Source: an uncultured Candidatus Rokubacteria bacterium
GTDB taxonomy: Bacteria; Methylomirabilota; Methylomirabilia; Rokubacteriales; DASRDR01
Direction of reading: 5' to 3'
NCBI GenBank assembly: GCA_963826115.1
Contig: CAWGVS010000005.1
Span: forward strand, 1,152,001 to 1,216,000
Length of the DNA: 64,000 nucleotides
Shown: one piece after another, positions 19,319-28,216 of the stretch
Layout of the letters: the number at the start of each line of letters is the position of its first letter
How positions within the stretch are numbered: the first letter of the stretch is position 1
Notes under the pieces: model-generated
What the model saw: only the letters and a program-made list of their open reading frames with translations
What the model was told of the DNA's origin: nothing
The model's database searches: none
Made by a program: the position numbers and the translations under genes

Positions 19319-19457
19319 ACGGACGGAAAAACGGCGACGACGGCGACCGGCGCGCACCCACGATCGCGGAGAGCCGCATCTAGATGCGGGTCGGAGCGCC
19401 CTGTGTGAATCTTCTGCCCTTGCATGGCCTGGTGAAATGGGCTTAGGATCGGTCGCT

Positions 19458-20471
19458 GTGAAGCAGGGCGGTACGTCAGGCGGGCGACGAGGTCTCGAAC
19501 TCGGCTGGGGCCTCCCGAGCCGCGGACCGCTCGCCCGCGTCGACATCGTCACGCGGCTGGCCCGGACCGCGGACGCGCTCGGGTACTCCGTCGTCACGAT
19601 CTCCGACCACATCGTCCTGCCGTCCTCCTCGTCGGAGCCGTATCCGTACGACCGCACCGGCGCGTTCCCCGGCGGGTCAGCCCAGCCGTACCTCGAGCCG
19701 ATCGCCCTCGCCGCGTGGCTCCTGTCCGCCACTCGCCGCGTGCGCGTGGCCATCAGCGTGCTGGTCGTGCCCTACCGGAACCCCGTGGTCACCGCGAAGC
19801 AGCTCGCCACGATCGACGCGCTGTCCGGCGGGCGCCTCATCGTGGGCGTCGGCGTCGGCTGGTGGCGCGAGGAGTTCGAGGCGCTGGCCGCCCCGCCGTT
19901 CGAGGAGCGCGGGCCGGTCACCGACGAGTACATCCGGCTGATGAAGACCTTGTGGACCGAGGACGCCCCGCGGTTCGACGGCAAGCACTACCGGCTGCGC
20001 GACGTGACGATGCTGCCGCACCCCGTCCAGAAGCCGCATCCCCCGATCTGGGTCGGCGGCCACACCGAGCCCGCGCTCCGGCGCACGGCCGCGCTCGGCG
20101 ACGCCTGGCACCCGATCGGCCTCCGCGGGCCGGCCGGCCTCGCCCCCGACGAGCTCGCCGGGAAGGTCGCCCGGCTCCGCACGCTCGCTCGCGAGGCGGG
20201 TCGCGACCCGGCGGCCATCGGCGTCGCCTTCCGGGGCCCGCTCGATCTCTGGCCGGCGCGAGGCAAGCCGCCGGGGGACCCGCCGAGACCGCTCGCCGGC
20301 GGGCCCGACAAGATCGCCGCCGACCTCCGCGCCTACCAGGCCGCCGGCGTCGACACCGTCTGCTTCGACTTCCCGAAGCCGGATCCGGCGGCCATGGTCA
20401 CCCTCATGCGGCGCTTCGCCCGGGAAGTGCGGCCACGTCTCGCCCGTCGATCCACCCCACGCGGCCGATGA
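19458..20471 (+). CDS. Luciferase-like (LLM) probable F420-dependent oxidoreductase
   Basis: ISDHIV, VLVVPYRNPV, LSGGRLIVGVGVGW, PPIWVGG; heads the cof cluster; alternative ATG at 19437. Confidence 0.88.
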   Translation: MKQGGTSGGRRGLELGWGLPSRGPLARVDIVTRLARTADALGYSVVTISDHIVLPSSSSEPYPYDRTGAFPGGSAQPYLEPIALAAWLLSATRRVRVAISVLVVPYRNPVVTAKQLATIDALSGGRLIVGVGVGWWREEFEALAAPPFEERGPVTDEYIRLMKTLWTEDAPRFDGKHYRLRDVTMLPHPVQKPHPPIWVGGHTEPALRRTAALGDAWHPIGLRGPAGLAPDELAGKVARLRTLAREAGRDPAAIGVAFRGPLDLWPARGKPPGDPPRPLAGGPDKIAADLRAYQAAGVDTVCFDFPKPDPAAMVTLMRRFAREVRPRLARRSTPRGR

Positions 20472-20887
20472 CCGCCACCCCGACGTTCGTCGCCGACGGC
20501 CGCGTGGCGCGCCTCGCCACGGTCGACGAGGCGGGGTACCCGCACGTCGTGCCCGTCTGCTACGCGACGGACGGCCAGGCCTACTACTCCCCGCTCGACG
20601 CCAAGCCCAAGAAGGCGCCCCTCGCCCGGTTGAAGCGCGTGCGGAACATCCAGGCCAACCCGCGCGTCGCCCTCCTCATCGACCACTACGAGGAGGACTG
20701 GTCGCGGCTCCGCTTCGTCATGGTGCAGGGCCGCGCCGAGCTCCTCGACGGCGGCGCGGAGTGGCGGACGGCGCGGAGCCTTCTCGAGGCGAAGTACCCC
20801 CAGTACCGCGGCCTTCCGCTCCCGCCGGACGGACCGGTCATCAAGATCGTCCCCGATCACGTCATCGGGTGGAGTCCCGCCCCGTGA
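20468..20887 (+). CDS. PPOX-class probable F420-dependent oxidoreductase (Rv0121-like)
   Basis: ARLATVD...PHVVPVCY, DAKPK, RVRNIQANPRVALLIDHYEEDWSRL, LEAKYPQY. Confidence 0.88.
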   Translation: MTATPTFVADGRVARLATVDEAGYPHVVPVCYATDGQAYYSPLDAKPKKAPLARLKRVRNIQANPRVALLIDHYEEDWSRLRFVMVQGRAELLDGGAEWRTARSLLEAKYPQYRGLPLPPDGPVIKIVPDHVIGWSPAP

Positions 20888-22089
20888 GCGCCGGCCACGC
20901 CCTCTCGTCCGCCGTCGCCGCCGCGCTCGAGAAGAGCGCGGCGGGGCGCGCTCTCGACCGGGCCGACGGCATCGCGCTCATCGAGGCGACGCCCCCCGAG
21001 CTCCCGGCCATCCTCGAGGCGGCCGCCACGCTCCGGGATCGCGGCAAGGGACGGACCGTCACCTACTCCCGCAAGGTGTTCCTGCCGCTCACGAACCTCT
21101 GCCGGGACGATTGCGGCTACTGCACGTTCAAGCGCGACCCCGGCCAGCCGGGCGCGCGCACGATGGAGCTCGACGAGGTCCTGGCCGTCTGCGAAGCCGG
21201 AGCGCGGCTCGGCTGCAAGGAGGCGCTGCTCTCGCTCGGCGACAAGCCCGAGGCGCGCTTTCCCGAGCACCGCGACTGGCTCCGCCACCGCGGGTACCGC
21301 ACGACGATGGACTACGTCGTCGCCGCGTCCCGCGCGATCGCGACCGAGACCGGGCTCCTGCCGCACGCGAATCCCGGCCTCATGAGCGAGCGCGACCTCC
21401 ACGCCCTGCGGGAGTGGAACGTCAGCGTCGGTCTCATGCTCGAGACCGCGTCCGACCGCCTCGCGGGCCCCGGCGGCCCCCACGAGCACGCGCCCGACAA
21501 GCGACCGGTCCGGCGGCTCCGGACGATCGAGGCGGCGGGCCGCGCGGGCATCGCGTTCACGACCGGCATCCTCTTCGGCATCGGCGAGACCCTCGCCGAG
21601 CGCGTGGAGGCGCTCCTGGCGATCCGCGAGATCCACGAGCGGCACGGGCACGTCCAGGAGGTCATCGTCCAGAACTTCCGGGCCAAGCCGACGATCCCCA
21701 TGGCCCGGCAGCCCGAGCCGTCGCTCGACGATCTCCGCCGGACCCTCGCGGTCGCGCGGCTCCTCCTGGGGCCGGCGATGAACGTGCAAGCTCCGCCGAA
21801 CCTCTCGCCGGGGACCTATCCGGCCCTGATCGCCTCGGGCCTGAACGACTGGGGAGGCGTGTCGCCCCTGACCATCGACTACATCAACCCCGAGGCGCCC
21901 TGGCCCCATCTCGCCGCGCTGGAGGCGGCGACCGCGGCAGCCGGTGCTCGCCTGCGAGAGCGGCTGGCCCTCTACCCCGAGTACATTCACCGTCCGGGCT
22001 TCGTCCCCGAGTCCCTGCGACCCCGCGTCCTCGCGTCGGTGGACGCCGCCGGGCTCGTCCCCGATCGCGTGGCGCCCGTGGCCATCTGA
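20884..22089 (+). CDS. cofG: FO synthase subunit CofG (radical SAM)
   Basis: TYSRKVFLPLTNLCRDDCGYC, LLPHANPG, FTTGIL, QAPPNL, NDWGGVSP..D.INPEAPWP. Confidence 0.95.
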   Translation: MSAGHALSSAVAAALEKSAAGRALDRADGIALIEATPPELPAILEAAATLRDRGKGRTVTYSRKVFLPLTNLCRDDCGYCTFKRDPGQPGARTMELDEVLAVCEAGARLGCKEALLSLGDKPEARFPEHRDWLRHRGYRTTMDYVVAASRAIATETGLLPHANPGLMSERDLHALREWNVSVGLMLETASDRLAGPGGPHEHAPDKRPVRRLRTIEAAGRAGIAFTTGILFGIGETLAERVEALLAIREIHERHGHVQEVIVQNFRAKPTIPMARQPEPSLDDLRRTLAVARLLLGPAMNVQAPPNLSPGTYPALIASGLNDWGGVSPLTIDYINPEAPWPHLAALEAATAAAGARLRERLALYPEYIHRPGFVPESLRPRVLASVDAAGLVPDRVAPVAI

Positions 22090-22120
22090 CGCTGGTGGAC
22101 GCCGGACGACAGGAGACCAT

Positions 22121-23500
22121 GTGGCAATGACGGACTCCTTCCTGGATCGATACTGGGCGGGTCTCGACCCCCGCGTGCGCGCCGGCCTCGACCGGGCGCT
22201 CGACGGCGATGAGGTCACGCTCGACGACGGGCTGGCCCTCGCCGAGGCGAACGGACGCGAGCTCGCCGCGCTGGCGCTGGTCGCCGACGAGCTACGCGCG
22301 CGGCAGGCAGGCGACGTGGTCACGTACGTCGTCAACCGGAACATCAACTTCACCAACGTCTGCATCAAGCACTGCACCTTCTGCGCCTTCAGCCGCGACC
22401 ACCGGGAGGAGGAAGGCTACTTCCTTCCGCTCGAGGAGGTGATCCGACGGGCACGGGAAGCCCAGGATCTCGGGGCCACCGAGGTGTGCATGCAGGCGGG
22501 ACTGGCACCGAAGCTCGACGGCCGCTTCTACATCGATCTGTGCCGGGCGGTCCACGAGGCGGTCCCCGACGTGCACATCCACGCGTTCTCCCCCGAGGAG
22601 GTGCTGTACGGCGTGACGCGGTCCGGGATGCCGGTCGCGGAGTACCTGGGCGAGCTGCGGGACGCCGGGCTGGGAACGCTTCCCGGCACGTCGGCCGAGA
22701 TCCTCGACGACCAGGTGCGCGATCAGATCTCCCGCGGCCGGATCACCACCCGCCAGTGGATCGAGATCATCACCACGGCCCACCGGCTGGGCATCCAGAC
22801 CACCTCCACCATGATGTACGGCCACGTCGAGACGCCGGCCCACTGGGTCCGGCACATGGCGCTCCTGCGTGACATCCAGAAGGACACGGGGGGATTCACG
22901 GAGTTCGTGCCCCTGTCGCTCATCCACCAGGAGGCGCCGATGTACCGCCGCCACCTGGTCGCGGACGTCCGGGCCGGGGCAACGGGCGCCGAGGTCGTGC
23001 GCGTGCACGCGCTCGCGCGACTCATGCTCGGAGCCACGATGCGCAACATCCAGTGCTCGTGGGTCAAGGAGGGACCCAAGCTCGCCCAGATGCTCCTCGC
23101 CTCAGGCGTCAACGACCTGGGCGGAACGCTCATCAATGAGAGCATCTCGACATCGGCCGGGGCCGGGCACGGTCAGCTCGTGCCGCCTCGGGAACTTCGA
23201 CGGCTGGTGCGCGATCTCGGTCGAATTCCCGCCCAGCGGAGCACGACGTACGGTATTCTCAAGCTCTACGCCGACGGGCGCGACGACGACACGAGTCCGC
23301 TGGATGCCGTCGAGAACCCCGACGAGCAGTTCGGTTCGTACCGCCGGCTCACCGCGTCAGGCCAGTTCCGTTTCGCCCAGGCGAAGCCACCCGGCTTGGC
23401 CCGGAGCGCGATGGCGCCGGCGGGCGCAGGAGGTCGGCTCGGAGAAGCTAGCGAAGCTCCACAGCCACCCGTTCGCGGTGGCGTCACCACCACACCCTGA
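22121..23500 (+). CDS. cofH: FO synthase subunit CofH (radical SAM)
   Basis: TYVVNRNINFTNVCIKHCTFC, PGTSAEIL, TMMYGHVE, SWVKEG, NDLGGTLINESIS; alternative ATG at 22127. Confidence 0.95.
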   Translation: MAMTDSFLDRYWAGLDPRVRAGLDRALDGDEVTLDDGLALAEANGRELAALALVADELRARQAGDVVTYVVNRNINFTNVCIKHCTFCAFSRDHREEEGYFLPLEEVIRRAREAQDLGATEVCMQAGLAPKLDGRFYIDLCRAVHEAVPDVHIHAFSPEEVLYGVTRSGMPVAEYLGELRDAGLGTLPGTSAEILDDQVRDQISRGRITTRQWIEIITTAHRLGIQTTSTMMYGHVETPAHWVRHMALLRDIQKDTGGFTEFVPLSLIHQEAPMYRRHLVADVRAGATGAEVVRVHALARLMLGATMRNIQCSWVKEGPKLAQMLLASGVNDLGGTLINESISTSAGAGHGQLVPPRELRRLVRDLGRIPAQRSTTYGILKLYADGRDDDTSPLDAVENPDEQFGSYRRLTASGQFRFAQAKPPGLARSAMAPAGAGGRLGEASEAPQPPVRGGVTTTP

Positions 23501-23514
23501 GAGGAGGCGGTTCA

Positions 23515-23814
23515 ATGGCGAAAGGCGTCATGACGAAGGCGGGAACGGTGAGCCACCTGGCCGAGAAGACGGGCCTGAGCAAGAAGCAGGTGGCCGCGTT
23601 CATGGATGAGATCCAGGCACTGGCCGTCAAGGAAGCGAAGAAGAACGGTGCCTTTGTCATTCCGGGCGTCGGCAAGGTCGTCCTGTCGAACCGGAAGGCG
23701 CGCATGGGCCGCAACCCGCAGACCGGCGAGCCGATCAAGATCGCGGCGAAGCGGGTCGTGCGCATCCGCGCGGTCAAGGTCCTCAAGGACGCGATCCTCG
23801 GCGCGAAGAAGTAG
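23515..23814 (+). CDS. hup: HU family histone-like DNA-binding protein
   Basis: MTKA...LAEKTGLSKKQ, RKARMGRNPQTGEPIKIAAK; GAGGAGG RBS. Confidence 0.92.
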   Translation: MAKGVMTKAGTVSHLAEKTGLSKKQVAAFMDEIQALAVKEAKKNGAFVIPGVGKVVLSNRKARMGRNPQTGEPIKIAAKRVVRIRAVKVLKDAILGAKK

Positions 23815-23825
23815 CGCCGGGCCAT

Positions 23826-24377
23826 ATGCCGCGGTCGGCACGGCGGCCGGGCCCCCCGGCAGCCGCGCCGGCTCCGATCGCCTCGGAGCCCCGCATCTGG
23901 CAGGGTCTGGTGTACCAGCCCTGTCAGGGCGGGGCTCCTGCGGTCAGGCAGCTCTTCGAGTACGCGGGCGCGTTCGCGCCCGACCCGGAGCCAGGAGAGA
24001 TGGCGTGGGAAGCTCGGGTCGGCGACCAGGTCATCGGCGGCGTCCTCTGCGAGCGCCGCGACGCCGCGGGGTTCATCCACGGACCGGTCGTCGTGGACCC
24101 GCCGGAGGGCGCCGAGCCGATAGAGGTCGCCGCCCAGCTGGTCGCCCCGCTCATCGACGCCGCCCGGGCGATTCCGCTCGACTCGCTCTTCACCCGACCC
24201 CAGGGGCTCGACCGCGTCTGGGTGCGGCTGGGATTCGTGCCGATGCCGGAGGCCTTCGTCCCCGTCGCCCTGCGCGGGCGGCCCGGATCCGGCCTCCATG
24301 TGTGGCGCCGTCCCGGCACCTACGCGGTCCCCGTGCCCGACCCCGATGGGGAGGGCCGGCGGCGCGGCCGCCGATGA
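23826..24377 (+). CDS. GNAT-like (ArgA C-terminal-like) protein, divergent
   Basis: WEARVGDQVIGGV, FIHGPVVV, LIDAARA..LDSLF, WVRLGF pattern; the acetyl-CoA loop is atypical. Confidence 0.55.
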   Translation: MPRSARRPGPPAAAPAPIASEPRIWQGLVYQPCQGGAPAVRQLFEYAGAFAPDPEPGEMAWEARVGDQVIGGVLCERRDAAGFIHGPVVVDPPEGAEPIEVAAQLVAPLIDAARAIPLDSLFTRPQGLDRVWVRLGFVPMPEAFVPVALRGRPGSGLHVWRRPGTYAVPVPDPDGEGRRRGRR

Positions 24378-25306
24378 TCGTCGCCCTCGCCGGCGGCACC
24401 GGCGCCGCCAAGCTCCTCCGCGGGCTCGCCCACGTGACGGATCCTGCGAGGCTCTTCGTCGTCGGCAACACGGGAGACGACCTCGACTGGTGGGGGCTCC
24501 GCGTCTGCCCCGACCTCGATTCGGTCGCCTACGGACTTGCCGGTCTTCTCGACGCGACCCGCGGCTGGGGCGTGCGCGACGACACATTCCATTGCCTGGA
24601 CGCGATGGGGCGGCTCGGGCGCGAGACGTGGTTCCGTCTCGGCGATCGCGACCTGGCCACGCACCTCCACCGGACTCTGCTCCTCCGCGACGGCGCGTCT
24701 CTCAGCGCCGCCACCCGCGCGCTCGCCGAAGGGCTCGGCGTGACCTCGCGGCTCGTGCCGATGTCCGATGACGCGGTCCGGACGGAGCTCCGGACCGGCG
24801 CCGGCTGGCTCACGCTCGAGGAGTTCTTCGTGCGCGAGCGGTGCGCCCCGGAGGTCCTGGACGTCGCGTACCGGGGGGCAGACGTCGCCCGGCCCGCCCC
24901 CGACGTCCTCGACGCGATCGACAGCGCCGAGGCGGTGGTCGTGTGCTGCTCGAACCCCGTGACGTCGATCGGCCCGATCCTCGCGGTCCCGGGGATCGTC
25001 GACGCGCTCGTCGGGACCGCGGCGCCCGTGGTCGCGGTGAGCCCCATCGTCGGCGGACAGGCGGTCAGCGGCCCCGCCGCCAAGCTGCTCCGGGCGCGGG
25101 GCCTCGAGGTGTCCCCGCTGGGCGTGGCCCGAGCCTACCGGCCGTGGCTGGATGCGCTCGTCATCGACTCCGTGGACGCGTCGCACGCCCCCGCCCTCAG
25201 CCGCGACGGGGTGCGGCCGGTCCTCGCCGACGCCCTCATGCGCGATGCCCCCGCTGAGGCTCGGCTGGCGCGCACGGTCCTGGACGCGGTCGGGGTCGCG
25301 GCGTGA
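24374..25306 (+). CDS. cofD: 2-phospho-L-lactate/PEP transferase CofD (FbiA)
   Basis: ALAGGTGAAKL, NTGDD, CPDLD, WFRLGDRDLATH, PMSD, SNPVTSIGPIL, VSPIVG..VSGPA. Confidence 0.95.
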   Translation: MIVALAGGTGAAKLLRGLAHVTDPARLFVVGNTGDDLDWWGLRVCPDLDSVAYGLAGLLDATRGWGVRDDTFHCLDAMGRLGRETWFRLGDRDLATHLHRTLLLRDGASLSAATRALAEGLGVTSRLVPMSDDAVRTELRTGAGWLTLEEFFVRERCAPEVLDVAYRGADVARPAPDVLDAIDSAEAVVVCCSNPVTSIGPILAVPGIVDALVGTAAPVVAVSPIVGGQAVSGPAAKLLRARGLEVSPLGVARAYRPWLDALVIDSVDASHAPALSRDGVRPVLADALMRDAPAEARLARTVLDAVGVAA

Positions 25307-26694
25307 GGGTCGTCGTCGTCCCGGCCAAGGACTTCGCCGGAGCGAAGCAGCGGCTCGCCGACGCGCTGCCGGCTCCGGCGCGCGCCGCGCTGGCCCGCGC
25401 CATGCTCGAGGACGTGCTGGCCGCGCTGGCGAGCGCGCCGGTCGACCGCGTGGTCGTGGTCACGCCGGATGTCGAGGTCGCGGCGGTCGCCGAGCGATCG
25501 GGCGCCATGGTCGTCCGGGAGCCCGAGGGCAGCGGCCACACCGCCGCCGTCGAGCGGGGCATCGCGCTCTGCCGGGAGTGGGGGGCGGCGGTGATGCTCA
25601 CCGTGCCCGGGGACGTTCCCTGCCTCACCGCCGACGAGGTGGCGCGCATCCTGGCGGCCTGCGGGCCGGCACCCGCAGCCGTCTTCGTCCCGTCCCGGAG
25701 CGGGCTCGGTACGAATGCGGCGTGCCTCGCGCCCCCCGACGCCGTGCCGCTCCGGTTCGGCGAGCCGTCCTTCGCCGCCCACCTCGCCGCCGCGCGGGCG
25801 CGCCGGATCGAGCCGGTCGTGCTCTCCCTCCCCGGCGCCGGCCTCGACATCGATCGCCCGGAGGACCTCCAGGCCCTCCGCGACATGGGACCGGGGACGC
25901 GTGCCGCCGCCGCCCTCGCGGCGCGCCCCCCGCCACCTCCCCGCGCTCCGCGTCTCGAGGTCTTCGGGATCCGGGGTCTCCCGGAGCTTCGGCCCGGCGA
26001 CGATCTCGCCGCGCTCTCGATCGCGGCGGCGGCCGCCCAGGGCACGCCCCTCGAGACCGGCGACGTCGTGATCTTGAGCCAGAAGGCGGTCTCCAAGGTC
26101 GAGGGGCGCCTGGTGCGCCTGGCTGACGTGACGCCGTCGCCGCTCGCAACCGAGGTGGGTCACGCGCACAAGAAGGACCCGCGCCTGATCGAGATCATCC
26201 TGCGCGAGTCGCGTCGGATCGTCCGCATGGACCGCGGGATCCTCATCACGGAAACCCGCCACGGCCAGATCTGCGCGAACGCGGGCGTCGACCAGTCGAA
26301 CGTCGGACTCGGCTGGGCGTGCCTCCTCCCCGAGGACCCCGACGCCTCCGCGCGGGCATTCGCGGAGCGCGTCCGCGCGGCGCGCGGGGTGGAGATTGCG
26401 GTCGTCGTCGCCGACACGTTCGGCCGCCCGTGGCGGGAAGGCCTGGTCAACGTGGCGATCGGCGTCGCCGGGCTCCGGTCCCTCCAGACCTACCTCGGCG
26501 TCCCCGACGCACACGGCTACACGCTCCAGGCGACGATCCTGGCGGTGGCCGACGAGCTGGCCGCGGCGGCCGAGCTCGTGATGGGGAAGCTCGACCAGGT
26601 GCCGGTGGCGGTCGTGCGCGGCTACCGCTACGAGCCCGGACCGGGCACCGCTCGCGAGCTCCTTCGCGACCCGAACGTCGACCTGTTCCGCTAG
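25303..26694 (+). CDS. cofC-cofE: Fused CofC (FbiD) guanylyltransferase and CofE F420-0:L-glutamate ligase
   Basis: N-terminal VPAK...AKQRL...AMLEDV, GDVP, GTNA, RFGEPSF..H, DIDRPEDL; Pro-rich linker; C-terminal GLPELRPGDDL, SQKAVSKVEGR, CANAGVDQSN, LPEDPDASA, DTFGRPWR, ADELAAAAEL, DLFR. Confidence 0.9.
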   Translation: MRVVVVPAKDFAGAKQRLADALPAPARAALARAMLEDVLAALASAPVDRVVVVTPDVEVAAVAERSGAMVVREPEGSGHTAAVERGIALCREWGAAVMLTVPGDVPCLTADEVARILAACGPAPAAVFVPSRSGLGTNAACLAPPDAVPLRFGEPSFAAHLAAARARRIEPVVLSLPGAGLDIDRPEDLQALRDMGPGTRAAAALAARPPPPPRAPRLEVFGIRGLPELRPGDDLAALSIAAAAAQGTPLETGDVVILSQKAVSKVEGRLVRLADVTPSPLATEVGHAHKKDPRLIEIILRESRRIVRMDRGILITETRHGQICANAGVDQSNVGLGWACLLPEDPDASARAFAERVRAARGVEIAVVVADTFGRPWREGLVNVAIGVAGLRSLQTYLGVPDAHGYTLQATILAVADELAAAAELVMGKLDQVPVAVVRGYRYEPGPGTARELLRDPNVDLFR

Positions 26695-26743
26695 CCGCGG
26701 CGCGGGCGTGGCCCGCGCGGTCGCGTGGTACGCTAACCCCGCC

Positions 26744-28216
26744 ATGAGCCCGAGCCCCGAGCCCGCGGGCGCACTCTACGCGGTCGTGCGGCTCGTGGCG
26801 CGCTTCTGGCTTTGGTTTCTCTTCCGCGAGGTGGCGGTGCGCGCGGCGGAGCGCGTCCCGCCGGTCGGCCCGGTCCTCCTCTGCGTCAACCACCCCAACA
26901 ACCTGATCGACTCGCTCGTCGTCGGCGCGGTGCTTCCCCGAACGGTCCACTACCTCGCGAACGCCTCGCTGTTCCGGAACCCGGTCCTCGGCGCGTTCCT
27001 CACGCGCGCCGGCGCCATCGCCGTGCACCGCCGGCAGGAGGAGCCCCACACGGCGGACCGCGCGGAGCGAAATACCGAGACCTTCGTCGCCGCGCGCCGG
27101 GCCCTCGAGGCCGGCCATGTCCTCGCGATCTACCCCGAGGGCACGACGCACGCCGAGACCCGCGTCCAGCGCATCAAGACCGGCGCGGCCCGGATCGCCC
27201 TCGACTACGAGACCGCGCGAGCCGCCGGCCACCCGCCGCTTGCCCTGATCCCGGTCGGTCTCTCGTTCGAGGCCCGGAAGTCCTTCCGCGGCCGCGTGCT
27301 GGTGGCCTTCGGGGAGCCGCTCCCCCTCGGGCCCCACGTGGCCCGCGCGCGCGAGGAGCCGGCGGCGGCGATCCACGAGCTGACCGAGGCCATCCAGGCC
27401 GCGATGGAAGCCGAGGTCGTCCACGTCGACCGCCTCGACGTCGCAGAGGTCGTCCGCGCCGTCGAGGACCTCTACCGCGGCGAGCTCGTGCGCCAGCTCC
27501 GGGCCGAGCGCGGGCTTCCCGAGGAGGCGATCGACGTGTTCCGCCTCTCCCGCGCCATCGTCGAGGCGGTCGCCCACTTCCGCGAGGCGGACCCCGCACG
27601 AGTGAGGGACATCTGGCAGGGCATCCAGCACTACCGGGCGCTCCTCGACGCCTGGCGCGTGCGCGACCAGGCCGTCGACGCCCGGCTCCGGCACGACGAG
27701 CCCTCGCACGCGCTGCGCTCCTCCGGCGTCGCGGTGATCGGCCTCCCCGTCTTCCTCTACGGCACCGCCGTGAACGCGCTCCCCTACGCCATCCCCCGCT
27801 GGCTCGCTCGGGTCTTCGCCAAGAAGGAGACGGACTACGCGACGATCCGCCTGCTCTCGAGCGTGGTGGCCTTCCCGCTATGCTGGGGGCTCGAGACGTG
27901 GCTCGTCTGGCGGGCGGCGGGTCCGGCCTGGGCGACGGCGTTCCTCGTCTCGCTCCCCGTCAGCGGGCTCCTGGCCTACCACTACCTGCGCGGTCTCGCC
28001 CGGCTCCGGGCGAGGACCGGATTCGCCCTTCTCGCCCTGACCCATCGCCAGGCGGCGGCGAGGCTCCTGGCCGAGCGCCGCGCGATCATCGCCTCGCTGG
28101 AGCGCGCCAAGGCGGACTTCCTCGCGACGCGGGATGCGATGGAGGCCGCTTCCGGGGCGTCCCTGTCGCCGCGCCCATCCGCCGCCGCGCTCCGGGGACC
28201 CGAGGGCCCGCGATGA
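26744..28216 (+). CDS. PlsC-family acyltransferase with C-terminal TM helices
   Basis: NHPNNLID (HX4D), IYPEGTT, IKTGAAR, PVGL; hydrophobic C-terminal segments. Confidence 0.88.
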   Translation: MSPSPEPAGALYAVVRLVARFWLWFLFREVAVRAAERVPPVGPVLLCVNHPNNLIDSLVVGAVLPRTVHYLANASLFRNPVLGAFLTRAGAIAVHRRQEEPHTADRAERNTETFVAARRALEAGHVLAIYPEGTTHAETRVQRIKTGAARIALDYETARAAGHPPLALIPVGLSFEARKSFRGRVLVAFGEPLPLGPHVARAREEPAAAIHELTEAIQAAMEAEVVHVDRLDVAEVVRAVEDLYRGELVRQLRAERGLPEEAIDVFRLSRAIVEAVAHFREADPARVRDIWQGIQHYRALLDAWRVRDQAVDARLRHDEPSHALRSSGVAVIGLPVFLYGTAVNALPYAIPRWLARVFAKKETDYATIRLLSSVVAFPLCWGLETWLVWRAAGPAWATAFLVSLPVSGLLAYHYLRGLARLRARTGFALLALTHRQAAARLLAERRAIIASLERAKADFLATRDAMEAASGASLSPRPSAAALRGPEGPR

